A program made the translations under genes and the position numbers. The notes under the pieces are model-generated. The model was not told where the DNA came from. It made no database searches and worked only from the letters and a program-made list of their open reading frames with translations. From Chrysomallon squamiferum (lineage: Eukaryota; Animalia; Mollusca): a stretch of 64,000 nt of DNA. Shown piece after piece: positions 1 through 12,663 of this stretch. Where the stretch lies: NCBI GenBank assembly GCA_012295275.1, contig CM022665.1, positions 43,276,001 through 43,340,000 on the forward strand, given 5' to 3'. How positions within the stretch are numbered: the stretch's first letter is position 1; every line of letters begins with the position of its first letter.

Positions 1-871
1 AGAATTAATATTTAGAAAATTATGCAGGAAAAGCTGAGAGCAGATTAGCATGAGATGGTAATAAAAGTTGTAAGAGTAGGAAGTATTTCACACAGGTGAG
101 TGTGACACAGATAACAAAGAACTTGAATATGAAAGGACATTTTTTTTTTTTTTTTAACTGTGTTTTCATTTGTTAGCAGTCATTTGAAAATGATTATATA
201 TTTTTTTTCAATAAATGAATCAATCAATCAAATGCAGAAGTAAAAATCACCCCACCCAACAAGAAAGAAAGAATAATAATTTTTTTAAAATGAAATAAAA
301 TAAAAATAAAAATAAAAATAGCAATGAAACAATAATAAAAAAAAAGAAACAAAAAAGAAACAAACCTTTCTCTCTCTCCATACATGCACATATATCTCTA
401 TTTACCATTTATATTTTTTTACTTTTTTAAATATAAATTTAAAACATGTTTTATATTTTAAATTCATAATAAACTGTATACATCAGAAACAAAAAAAAAA
501 TATATATTTCACATTAATAAAATAATAAAAATCTTTATACATTAATATCTGAAGATTAAAAAAAAAAAAGGATCAAAAAATAAAAATGAAAAACCCCACA
601 GAAAACAAACAAACAACAACAATGGAAAGAAAAAGAAAAGAAACAAAGAAAAAAAGGACAAATGAAACAACACTAACAAAACAAAGCAGTATTTACACAC
701 GTCTCTAGAAATGACATTAAAATGCTCTCGCTGGATGACGGAATGTTGACTGACTGACAAATCACAGGTCTGTGCGAGGCGTGTCCCCATGTTAGTTCCG
801 AACACACGCGCCGCTGACGTTGAAAATAAAACATCTCGAGGTTGGCAAACTCACAAAACCAACACGTGAAC

Positions 872-1400
872 GGGACTCGATGTAGTCAAAGTCTTCAGTT
901 TCTGATAACTTGGTAATCCTCGTAAGCCAAGATTAAACTAACAGCATCTCACCTGATGTCACCTTTACAACACCTATTTGTCATTATATAATAAAAACTT
1001 TTTTGTTTTTTAATTCTTTAAAAACAGATTTAACTATCACCTGAGACATGTTAAAATATCTGGGACTGGATGTAATCAAACTCTTCAGTTTCTGATAAAT
1101 TGGTAATCCTTGTAAGCCAAGATTAAACTAACAGCATCTCACCTGATGTCACCTTTACAACACCTATTTGTCATTATATAATAGAAACATTTTTTGTTTC
1201 TTGATTCTTTAAAAATGAATTTAACTATCACCTGTGACTGGATGAAGTCAAACTCTTCAGTTTCTGATAACTTGGTAATCCTTGTAAGCTAAGATTAATC
1301 TAACATGATGCCCCCTTAAAACACCTATCTGTCATTATATAATAAACATTTTTTGTTTTTAATTCTTTAAAAATAGATTTAACTATCATCTGCGACATAT
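872..1400. repeat. Tandem repeat, 3 copies of a ~165-190 bp unit
   Basis: Units start at ~872, ~1062 and ~1236, each containing GACT(C/G)GATG..GTCAAA.TCTTCAGTTTCTGATAA.TTGGTAATCCT.GTAAGC...ACACCTAT.TGTCATTATATAATA...TTTAACTATCA. Confidence 0.92.
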
Positions 1401-2782
1401 TGCTTGTACCTGTTTTCACTAACCAAATATACATGTGTTATTTACTCTCCAAAACATAAATACAAAAAGTTGTGCATGACAGTTGTAACTTTTCTTGGAT
1501 TAGTGACCACAAAGTTATTTTTATTTTTAAGAACTGACAGAAGCCACTTTTCTCAAGCCTATTTTCAGTTACAAGAAATTCTCACATATATCATTCATAT
1601 TTGAAGTAACCACAACACGCTTAATATTTTAAATATTACATTCCTATGTGTTAATGCAGGTATTTGTATTAAGTTCAGGAACACATTCTGGCCTAAGATT
1701 TAAGTAAAATAAAATATTGAAGGAGAAAATAAAATAATTAAATATGTGCAGGATATTGATGCCTGTGTGAAAGTCAAGAATATCCACCCTATTGCAAAAC
1801 ACTGAAAACAATCCATATTCCTAGCAGTGCAGATCTTCGATTTCAGAAAATGAAATGTCAATTAATGATAAATTACATCATGAAAGTTATGTATTTACTA
1901 TAAATTCAATATAATTTTTGTGATAAAATAAGGATAACCTATGCCTTTGGTGTTTGAAGAAAGATTAAAATCTTATTTTTCTTCTTCTTTTTTTTTTTTT
2001 CTTGAATATTATTTTATTTCATTTTTTTTCTTGATTGTAAAATAATTTCTCCCATGGTCAATGATCAGACTTTTTAATATTTTTAAATCCTCAATGTACA
2101 AATTGGTGAAATGCATAAAATATTTAATTCAAATGAAGCCCTGATATCTACATCTGTACTGTAACTGTACATATACGCACATACCACAACATTTGTAAAT
2201 GCATATGTTTTTACATTTTTAAAAATTCAGCTGACTTGTACTATTTAAACATTTCAACAGCAGAATCGAACATTTTAAATTAAAAACCTGAACAATAAAT
2301 TTAAGAAAAAAACAACAACTGAGAAATAAATAAAACGAGAAATGATACTCTGAAAATTCAAAATTTTTTTCTTTTCAAAATGCTGAGCAAACAAAACACC
2401 TTCAAAGCTATTACTGCTTACACAACAGAAAAGCAGTAACAGCAATGGTAATGACATGCTAGTAAATCACCATGGTGACAATTTCAGCTAACCATTATCA
2501 AAAGGAGTACACTAAAAACCTGCACTGGTAGTTAAAAATAATTCAACTCTGAGAGTAACAGCAGGTAGAGTGATACTCAATTACACTTAAACTTCAATAA
2601 CAAAGTCTTTGGTATCTTTAACATAAAACTGGCTTCAAAGATATCTTACCACATTCAATTTAATGAAAGTGATGTGGGGGGGAGGAAAGTGCTTGTTTTT
2701 CTGTAGCCGAGACGTTTCTCACTTACATTGCCCAGAAATAGAAGTAGACAAAGGGTAAGAGAATCAGATATAATAAAATTGG

Positions 2783-2788
<6 letters not shown>

Positions 2789-2862
<74 letters not shown>
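2789..2862. repeat. (GA)n microsatellite
   Basis: Direct reading. Confidence 0.95.
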
Positions 2863-2866
<4 letters not shown>

Positions 2867-3227
2867 GATAAAGACAAAGACGTGTTAGTAAAATCAACAC
2901 AAAATGTTTGCATAGTTTCAACATTTACACACATACATACAAAATAATATCCTCCCCTAGATATACATTCATCTACAACAGTAATTTGTTGTTGTTGTTT
3001 AGGTATTAATTATGATACCAATATATTCTAAATGTGATAAATAATTACTTCTTCTAAGTAATATTTAAAAAGCATTAACATTTAAAACTGATGAATAAAC
3101 AATTCGATTCAGATGAAACTTAAGATACTTGTGGTAATACTTTTTGTTTAATTATCATGCATAAAAATCCTCCAACTATAGACAGTGTTGAAATTGTATC
3201 AAGAACAATAAATATCCTTTTAAAACT

Positions 3228-3476
3228 CTGTACCAACCAAAAAACAAAAAAGTACACATAAACTTCACTACATTTAAATTTTAAATTTTAAATTGATGTA
3301 CATCCTGAAATGCTAACTGTGTACCAAACAAAAAAAGTATTATATATTATAGATTTCACTGCATTTAAATTTTAAATTGAGCCCCATTCTGAAATGCAAA
3401 CAAACCACCGAAAAAAAAAAAAGTATAATACGTTATAAATTTCACTGCATTTAAATTTTAAATTGAGCTGAAATGT
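3228..3476. repeat. Minisatellite, ~3 copies of an ~85-90 bp unit
   Basis: Recurring AAAAAAGTA...TTCACT(A/G)CATTTAAATTTTAAATT...CTGAAATG. Confidence 0.8.
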
Positions 3477-3702
3477 AGCCAGACACTTTTACATTAAAAT
3501 GGGTTTACAAGGATATTTTATTTGCTTATTATTATTATTATTTTGTTCCTGCAGAATTGAATTGCCTTGGGAGATATGGTCTGGTACTTAAGTATGTCAC
3601 AATTTAAATAATTAAAGATTTTTTGAAACATTTATGTGTAATTTATGGTAATTTTATATCAAGTATGCTTGAAAGTGTTTATTCAAAACAACAAAAAAAA
3701 TT

Positions 3703-3753
<51 letters not shown>

Positions 3754-4198
3754 TAAATGAGGGACTAGATTAAATTTAGTATTTTGCATTAAAGAAAACT
3801 GAAATGTATGAAGCACTAAAAACCAAGTGGGAGGGACCAGTCTTTATAGATATATGGCACAAAGTAATCAAATTGATATTGTGTGAATTTTTTTTGGTGA
3901 CTTTTTTTTTCTAAATAAATATTTTATTTTTTTATTATACCAACTGGTTATTAAACAACAACAATAATTATAAATAATTATAAATAATAAAGCATTTAAA
4001 AAATAAAAAGTTGAAGGAGCACTAGTTCTGTAAGTAGGTCTTCAAGAGTTACCTCCCTTGCACAATAGAAAATATGATTTTGTCAGTACAAACTAGAAAA
4101 ACACATAAAAATAAAAATAAATAAATAAATAAAATAAAATAAATTCTGTCAGTAACAACCAGAATGAAAACAAAAAAGTCCCTCCCCATCTCATCTTC

Positions 4199-4229
<31 letters not shown>

Positions 4230-4434
4230 TAAGCAATAGAACTCAAGATACTACTGAAACTAATGTAAAAACCACTACCTTTATATTTAATATAGTAAAT
4301 AAAAAATAAATAAAACAACCATCAAGCAAGCAACAACCAACCATTAAAACAAAGCAAAAGAAAAAAAGTATCAAAGAGGCTATCATTTTAATAGGTCTAG
4401 GATTCTAAAATAAAAATAAATGTTTAACACATAC

Positions 4435-7400
4435 CTGATGTTCCTTTAGCCTCTCTCTGATGTCTGAGTGGGACCACTCGGGTCGAAATGCCATTGGTAA
4501 CAACTGCTTTTCAACTTTAAAAAGCCATTTTCTCAAATTATCAAGATCAACTTGCAGGTCTGAAAAACAAGATTTATTATCAATATTTATAAAACTACTG
4601 ATAATAGGTACATTTGGAATATACAGTTAGTTCTAAAAACCCCAGATTTGTTCTCTTGTAGCGGAGTTACTTGCCTTTGTATATATTTTAAAATATGTAT
4701 ATCTAAAAAATATATATTAAGGTTATGCTGTTTGCAGTTTTCCAATCTTTTTTTAAAAATGAACTCACACTGATATAAATGTGTTTTTTCAAGTGTGTTT
4801 TCTTAAATGTCTACAAATTCCCGTAAGAAATTATGAAAAATGTTTCATTTTAAAGATTTTTGAAAACAAAATTTGTTTTTTTAAATGCAGTTATTTCCCT
4901 TCCTTCTGCAGAATCTTTAAGAAAATATTTTTATTTTCTCATTTTTTACCAGCAATTACTTTCTGAAACATTCTGGAAAAATATATCCTTGCTTAACACA
5001 ATTATAAATTATGCATATAATCATGTTACCAGATACTATGCTCTAGTCAAAATTAAAAGTAGGTAAAACTATTAGAAACCTAATCATTTTTAATATTTCA
5101 TCTAGTTATACACTCTTTAACTTACTTACAATCTGCATAATTTTACCAGCAGTCTCTCTACACTCATTTACAAGAAACAAATACTTCAAAAATTTCAAAT
5201 AACACTCTAGCAAAATTAAAAATAAAACAATTTAACAAAAAAACGTATGACGTAAAATGGAGATGTTTGTCACTGCAGACTGTGCCACACCTTTGATCAC
5301 TGTGTCCCTGGTGTACTCAGACGAGGGTACGATAGCCGACTCCACCTCCCACCACTGGGCGTTGAGAGATGACGTCATCGTACCTATCTCCACCTTCATG
5401 TTTGGGTATCGCCTCAGCAGCTGCTTGGCGTAATCGTTGAAAAACTTGCGACAAGGAACTTTCTCTGTCAGCACCTCACTGAACTGTTTTAAAACACACA
5501 GGAAAGAAAATTGGATAATAATTGTAATGAAGCTCTGGGTGTATTAAGATATTAAAAGGTGAATTAGTAGAATAAATAAAAAATAAAAAAATAAAAAAAT
5601 TTTAGTTTTTCTGCTAATCATGCAGAAAGACTGATTATACTGATAATTTTGAAAGGAGATTTAAATAAAATTTATTATTATTATTATTATTATTGTTATT
5701 ATTATTTTCATCATTTTAATTATTCATTAAATATTTTAAATGTTTTGCTCATATTCTTAAGTTGCAGGAAAAAATATTTTGTACAGAAAATATGATTTTG
5801 TATGAATATACATGTTATTTTAAGTATTTATGTGAGTATATTACTTATATTTGATATTTATTTATTTACCTAGCAGATTAGATATTTCCCAAAAAGACTT
5901 TTTGACTTTTTCTGAATAATGACTTGGATTTTAAGTATTTATATGATTATATTACTTATATTCCATATTTAATTGATAGATCAGGTATTTCTCAAAAAGA
6001 TTTTTTGACTTTTTCTGAATATCTATATGCTTATATTACTTATATTTCGTATTTACTGGATTACCTGATAGATGAGGTATTTCTCAGAAAGACTTTTGGT
6101 CTTCTTCTGAGTGACGACTTGGATTTGGCGCAACCATTCAGTGAGTTCTCGGTATTGCTGGAGAAACTCGTCAAACGAAACACTGGTTCCGCCTCCGAAA
6201 CTGTCGTCTTCGTCCAGAGAAAGGTCACTTTCAGTCGACTGTCAGATAAACAAAATATGTCACACGTCTGAGTGATTATCTGAATTATATTAATAACTGA
6301 ATTTTGTATTTGGTAATTGTGTCAATATATAAATTTAAAATGTGTCATCTAATTAGTATTAAATAATTAAAAAAAGCCAAAGAGAAATTATTTGAATAAA
6401 AATAAATAAAGAATATTTACAGTGACTTAAAATTCAGCATATGTAAAATATTACAATTTTTTTTTTTAATTTTTAAAAAAAACAACAACAAACAAACAAA
6501 ACTCAAACATCTTCAAATATATGCCAAAGTTTCTCTTAAATGTTTTTAATTTCATTATAAAAGATTTTGTAAACTCAAATTCACCATTTAGCAGTAAAAA
6601 TGCAAAAATTCAAAAATAAAGGTTTGCACTTAGTTATGTTAGAAATAGAATGATTAAATGAGATCAGTGTAAACACACAATTCCTAACCTGGCAAGTTTC
6701 AATGATCTCCTTGTCCATCAGATACTGGTACGAGGACTCTATGGCCTTCCACAGTTCATCTTTGCGGTAGTGCTTCTTGAACTCCGACAGGGTCCGAGGG
6801 GCAGGGGATCCCCCCGGGGTGCTGCTGCGGCTGTCATCACACCACTCAAACAGCGACGGTGATCCTGACCTGCTGCTCAGCATCGAGCTTGGTGTGTCGC
6901 CATTCATCTTGCGTCGTTTCGGTCCAGTGGGCGTGTCAAGGTCACAGAACTCCTCGCCGACTTGCAAGAACTTCCCTTCCTTCTTTTCTGGTGTCACCAT
7001 TCCTATTTCAAACGGTCTGTCATTCAGCTCAACCTTCTCAACTGGTTCCATCTTTGCCTTGTGTTCTGAGGATGCTGTCTTGGTCAAGGGTGAGTCTAGG
7101 CCGAGGTCATACCATCGATGGACATCTGGACTTTGAGGCAGGCTGGAGACCTTTGTGGTAAATTGAGGATGTCTGATGTTCTGATGTGGGGATCCATCTG
7201 ATATTCTGATTGCAGCCAGGGACAGTGAAACAGGAGTCAGTGACAATCCAGACTTTATTTTAGCGTAGGCAACATTTTCCTTGTCGTACAAACTTTCTGG
7301 TAGCTTCTTCCTACCAGACCAATTACACAAAGGGCTATTTATTCCAGAAGGAGAAGGAGATAACTGAAGCTGAGAGCTCTTGTCACGCAGCCTGTCGATA

Positions 7401-7531
7401 AATCCCAGCCAGAGAAACACCAAATTTTCAACTTCTACTTCGACTGTTCCTTGCCCATCTAAGAAATCTTTTCTACGACCAAGCAAGCTGCAAATGATTG
7501 TCTTCTGTGTTTTTGTCTCGGCAATCAAATC
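4435..7531 (-). CDS. Klarsicht-like (AKAP6/nesprin-related) spectrin-repeat protein, partial: 4 coding exons, gene continues beyond the left edge
   Basis: Exons joined by hand, all GT-AG and phase-consistent: 7531-6689 (DLIAETK...TLSEFKKHYRKDELWKAIESSYQYLMDKEIIETCQ), 6238-6065 (STESDLSLDEDDSFGGGTSVSFDEFLQQYRELTEWLRQIQ...YLIYQ), 5483-5291 (FSEVLTEKVPCRKFFNDYAKQLLRRYPNMK...LNAQWWEVESAI...), 4559-4435 (DLQVDLDNLRKWLLKVEKQLLPMAFRPEWSHSDIRERLKEHQ). The helical 'L..WL...E' and 'LN.QW..V' patterns are spectrin-repeat-like. The ELWxAIxxxYxYLMDxEIIETC..TESDL motif matches my recollection of arthropod klarsicht proteins. The exon structure is solid; the family name is from memory, not a search. Confidence 0.75.
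5815..6126. repeat. Degenerate tandem triplication overlapping the 3' end of a klarsicht-like exon and its donor site
   Basis: TATATTACTTATATT...TAGAT.AG.TATTTC.CA.AAAGA.TTTT.G.CTT.TTCTGA recurs three times; the rightmost copy is the true exon end (6065-6126). Confidence 0.85.
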
Positions 7532-9009
7532 CTGTAAAGAGATGAATAATTATTCTATTAAAATATTACGTTTTCTTTATTTTTCTAAAACATTTTTTTT
7601 ATTATAAATAAACTTGTTATCAGATCTACTGACAATCCTTGAATTCATCACTATCTGATGAAAATAAATTATGAAAGCACAGCTTGTGGTTAATTGATAA
7701 GAAATTTTTTTGTGAGAAGATGTGCTCACCATTATTTGCACCCTGTGGTCAGTACATCATATATTTTACCCATTAACATAACCAAGTATTATAAAAATAA
7801 AAAAATAAAACAATTTGTAATGAGTTTATCACCAGCATTAAAATTAATGAGTATATAAAAACAAAAAAGAATTTAAGAAAAAAATAAAATACATAAAGTA
7901 GATTTTTAGAAATGTATTCCACATTTCTATAATGCATTCCAACAACCTGTTTTGTTAATAGCAAACATACAGCCTTGCAGAAAAAATCTGTTTGCCAGTT
8001 TAAAGAAATTGTTTTCCAGTTAGTGTCAAAATTATTTTTTCATGTACAGGTGCATTTCCACTTTATCAAGGTCCATTAAAACCTGCTAGAAACTCAGGCT
8101 ACAATATAATAGTGACCATAACAGTTATCTATATTGAATCACTGGACACCACACTTTTAAAAACACTTGTGAAATCCATACAAGATGAAAACAAAAAAAT
8201 GAATGTTTGTTAAACAAGACATCAAAAAAAAAAATAATAATAAATAAATAAATAAATAATATTAATAATAAACAAATAAATAATTTAAATACAAGAATGT
8301 CTATAACTGATTTTCACAGTAAGTATTAAATATGTTGCACATATATCAAAATTAAACTTTTGATCAATGCGATCCATAAAAAAAAATAATAATAATAATA
8401 ATAAATTACCACACTGATTAAATTATCATACTATCATCTTACCTATATAATCATATTAAAAATAGTGTTAATTCATTATCCGATTTATTCAATTTATCAA
8501 AATAACAAGTACACAACAGAACATTACTCTTTAAGTTTTCCTGCCTGTATCAGGTTTCGGCTATTTATTTGTTTATCAACATATGACAAGCTGTGCTTGC
8601 TGCAATGAAAAGAAAAAAAAATAGTAAAAAAAAAAAAAAATTCCACCTCAGATAACCTATTAATATCTGACCTGAAAGCAAAGATCAAACTCAGCAATAA
8701 CCAAAGAAGAAAAAAAACTGAAATCACTGTATGACAGACACCACACGAAGTACCATCATGGCTGGAATACATTTATTTCCACCATTAAAACAGCCATGTC
8801 AAATTCATCATGGCTTACATCTCACCAGGTAGAAATACAAACTGAACTGGCCTTTCATCCATTATTTTTTTTTTGTATTTGTTATTTGTCTGGAAGCAAT
8901 TAGCGTGACAACAAATGACCATCTGTACCAATGAATCATGGTAAATGATTTACTATATGGATATTATTTTAATAAGTGGTAGGCAGAGTTTTCAAAATGA
9001 TTAATGTTT

Positions 9010-9011
<2 letters not shown>

Positions 9012-9047
<36 letters not shown>
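9012..9047. repeat. (CA)n microsatellite
   Basis: Direct reading. Confidence 0.93.
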
Positions 9048-9050
<3 letters not shown>

Positions 9051-9184
9051 AACACATATATCTATAGGAACAAAATATTTTCAGTTTTGTATTCTAAAAA
9101 AAAAAATTCTATCCTGTTTCTCTCTTTCTTCAACAAATTCCACTTGTTTACAAATATTTTACAGTATGTCTGGAAAAGGTTTTA

Positions 9185-9216
<32 letters not shown>

Positions 9217-12200
9217 AACAGCAGTTTGATTATATCTTATCTGTTTTCAATGCTCCACTCCCACTGGAAAAATAAAAATAATTAAAAACAATTTTTTTTA
9301 GTAATAACCACATATGTAAGTTAATGTCATTCAGTTTATACAGCAAGATAATCGGATACAGAATTGCTGAAATATTTAGCAGGTTTAAAACAAGTAAGCA
9401 CAAGTGGATAGTCTCTTCTATTATCCTTTTTTTAAAGTGTTCTATCATACACATTTTTTACATTATCGAAATGAAACATAATATGTATGTTAATATACAC
9501 TTAACAGATGTATAATATATACAATCTTATTCCTATCATCTTTTTAATCCTCTACAATCACAGATTTTATCTTCTATGTTATCATAATGTATATAATATA
9601 TGTAATGATAATACTTGCTAAAAGCATGGGTATACAATCTACATAATCTCTCCAATCTTTTGGCTATATATATTTTCATATATATATAGATTTATACATG
9701 GATTTATTCTCTGATATATAGCCTTGCAAATATGAATGACACATTTGCTACACATTACTGATCCACTCTTTGTGATACTATTTCTTCCATTAAAATGCAC
9801 AAGTGTGTTGTTATCTTTGACAGGATGCCAGATATAAATTTACTGACATAACTCAAGATATACTGATAAGCATTTATGATATTTCTTGTATTTAATATAA
9901 TACTGTGTTACGTAAATTTGAGTTTGATTACATATGTATTCTTAACTAAATTAATTCAAGTACATTTCTGACAAAACTAGACAAACAGAAACACAAACAA
10001 ATCTCAAGTTCCAAAATATTTCTTGAGTTTAAAAAAGAATTTCCTCATTTTCAGTTTGTTGTCAGGAAAAAACAAGATAACTGAAATGTTTTTCTGCTTC
10101 ATAGTTGTTAAAATTACTAGAGTTTGTGCCATAAAAAATAATTAAATTTACCCTTATGTCAAAAACAAATATCCTTTTTCTTTTTAAAATTAATTAAACA
10201 ATCTACAGAAAATTTACATATCTAACATTTCTTCATTTAAATAATTAATAAATTAATAAAAGTAATATAATTAAAAATTAAAATGTTTCTTCACCTTAAA
10301 CCTAACAATAGGAATAAATTATAAATAAAACGTTTGTTTTTATTGTAACTAATTTTGCTAGCTATAACAATGCAAAATCAAGCATATATAATATATCTGT
10401 TATATCAGATATGTAACAATATAATATACTTACTGCAGACTTTAAATGAAAATTATTTTATTTATTAGTCTGCAGTAAGCAAAGATCATTGTTCCAGAAA
10501 CAAACATTTCTTGTGGGGTTTTTTTCCTGTCCCCTTCTTCAAAGGTATTTTAACATATATATGATGCCTGTAAATCTTTTATTTTTTAAATTTATTTATT
10601 TTTAAATCATCTATTTCAAATTGAAATGACATTTATGTTAACTTCTGTTATCTTTAATTTATTTTTTTTTAATTTTTATTACTATTATTATTTTTTAAAT
10701 ATCTATCCTTGGTAATATTTTATTCCAGGCTATTATTTTATATAAATGTTCAAGCTATCTGGAAACAGATTTCAATATTTTTATTCTATTTTACTTTACT
10801 TTATTTTATTTCAAATCTCTTAGTGTACTTGACTTTGTTATTTAAAAATCAACAATTATTTTAAAGTCCATTCATGTATTAAAGTCTTTAAACACCCAGT
10901 CTATTATATTTCAAGCTCAGACATTTCCTATGCTTTCCAAAAAATATATTTCTATAGAAGCATTCATCCAGTTGTATATCAGTTCAGTATTTAATTAGCT
11001 TTGTACATTTATTTATGTGACGCATATATCCTAACTGCATGTATGCTTTATGTTTCAAGTAACATTACTATATGAGAATGCATTTTTTGTTTATTTATTT
11101 ATTTTTAAATCAATCTTCATGAAACAAAAACCCAAAAAGACAATAACTAATACATCCTGAAGCATGTACCAGATTTCAATCACACACGTTTGAGGAAAAC
11201 AATAAAAATCAATTTTGGTGAAAACAGAAACCCAAATTGGCAATTTCTGTGACAAAAGCTGGGACAAATCAATCATGCCTGGACACATATATCACATTAC
11301 AGATTTCCATGACAACACCTTAAAGTCCTTAAACATGTTAGAAACCTGGCAGATGATTACCACAGTGACTTGTTCAGTCAGTGAGTTGTTCATCTGGACA
11401 AGGGATATTTTGGAAATTATGAACAAAACATTTAACATGCATTAAGATTTATTAATATCCTATTTTCATTTTTTTTTTTCTAATGAAAATCAAATATTAT
11501 AATTGCCTAAAAAATGATTTATTTATTACACCTTCATACTCTGTTGTTTTTAAGACTGTACTATTCTTTCTTCTAATTAACTTCTAATTAATTTGCATAA
11601 ATACAAGATGCATAACAACATAAAATAAAACAATGTCTTCTTAAAAAAAAAAACTAATATCTGTTATCTACATTATAATTCCCAGCAGCGAGCTTGTTGT
11701 TACTTCACATTATTTCTAAGTACTTTCTAATCAGACCAGTTTATCAGAACTGCCAATTCAATGTTACATTGGTGCAGATAACATCAGCATCCACAGTACA
11801 CACAGAGGTCAATAATCAAAGCCAGAACACTGAAAATTAAACCTTGTTATGAATTAATTGTGGTTACAAAGTGCAGTGCGACACAATTCAACAGGGGCAA
11901 ATCTAGGATTTGTGGAAAGTGGAAACTGGACCAAGATGGGAAATAAGAGGAGGAAAAGGTGCAGTAAAGATGATGGTAAAGACAGCTTTTGTGTGGGAAA
12001 TGTAATTTTCAGGATAAGAGAGAAAAAAGAAAAAACAACTTATAACATATTATCCTCTAAGATCTAGTTTACTTGTTATTTCTGATTTTGACTGTATTTT
12101 TAGAAACCAAAGCTGACCAGTATTTGTCAGTTTACATTATTTAATGAGTTTCCTATATATACATAAAAAACCACTATGTAATTGGAGTAGGTTTTTGCTT

Positions 12201-12618
12201 TACTTGCTATTTCAAACATCTGTGCTGTATTGATCAACACACACAGAAAGTTCAAGGTAATAAATCTAAACATAAAGAAAAAGATTTTTGTATTGTATTA
12301 CTGTTTTCCATTATTATTAGTATGGAGATGAAAAAAATCATATAGTTTTTACTTGGTGAAAATGTTTTGTCCCCTTTCTCCCCACCTTCATTTATTAAAA
12401 CTGTCACTCTTGTTGGAAATAATTCCAGATATGTTGTGTTATTAATCATTATAGAGGTACACCCTTTTGATTTATGGCTTCCTACCTTATGAAGTAAGAA
12501 AACTATATTAAACATGTAAAATAATCCTTTTCCATTATTAGGAACAGTTAAAAATATCTAAGTATAACAATGATTATATTTGTTCACATTCAGCCACTTT
12601 AAAACAAATGTAATAATA

Positions 12619-12619
12619 A

Positions 12620-12662
<43 letters not shown>

Positions 12663-12663
12663 A
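12619..12663. repeat. (TAAA)n microsatellite
   Basis: Direct reading. Confidence 0.9.

Noticed and set aside
5924-6271. 115 aa plus-strand ORF with internal repeats
   Set aside because: Antisense to exon 6238-6065 and its decayed duplicates.
6777-7607. Plus-strand ORFs of 119, 100 and 75 aa
   Set aside because: Antisense shadows of the large minus-strand coding exon.
7618-7660. Minus-strand GTGATGA...CTGA resembling C/D snoRNA boxes
   Set aside because: Boxes are only ~20 nt apart, far too short for a snoRNA.
7970-8101. Possible MITE with CAGCCT/AGGCTA ends
   Set aside because: The inverted repeat is too short and there is no target-site duplication.
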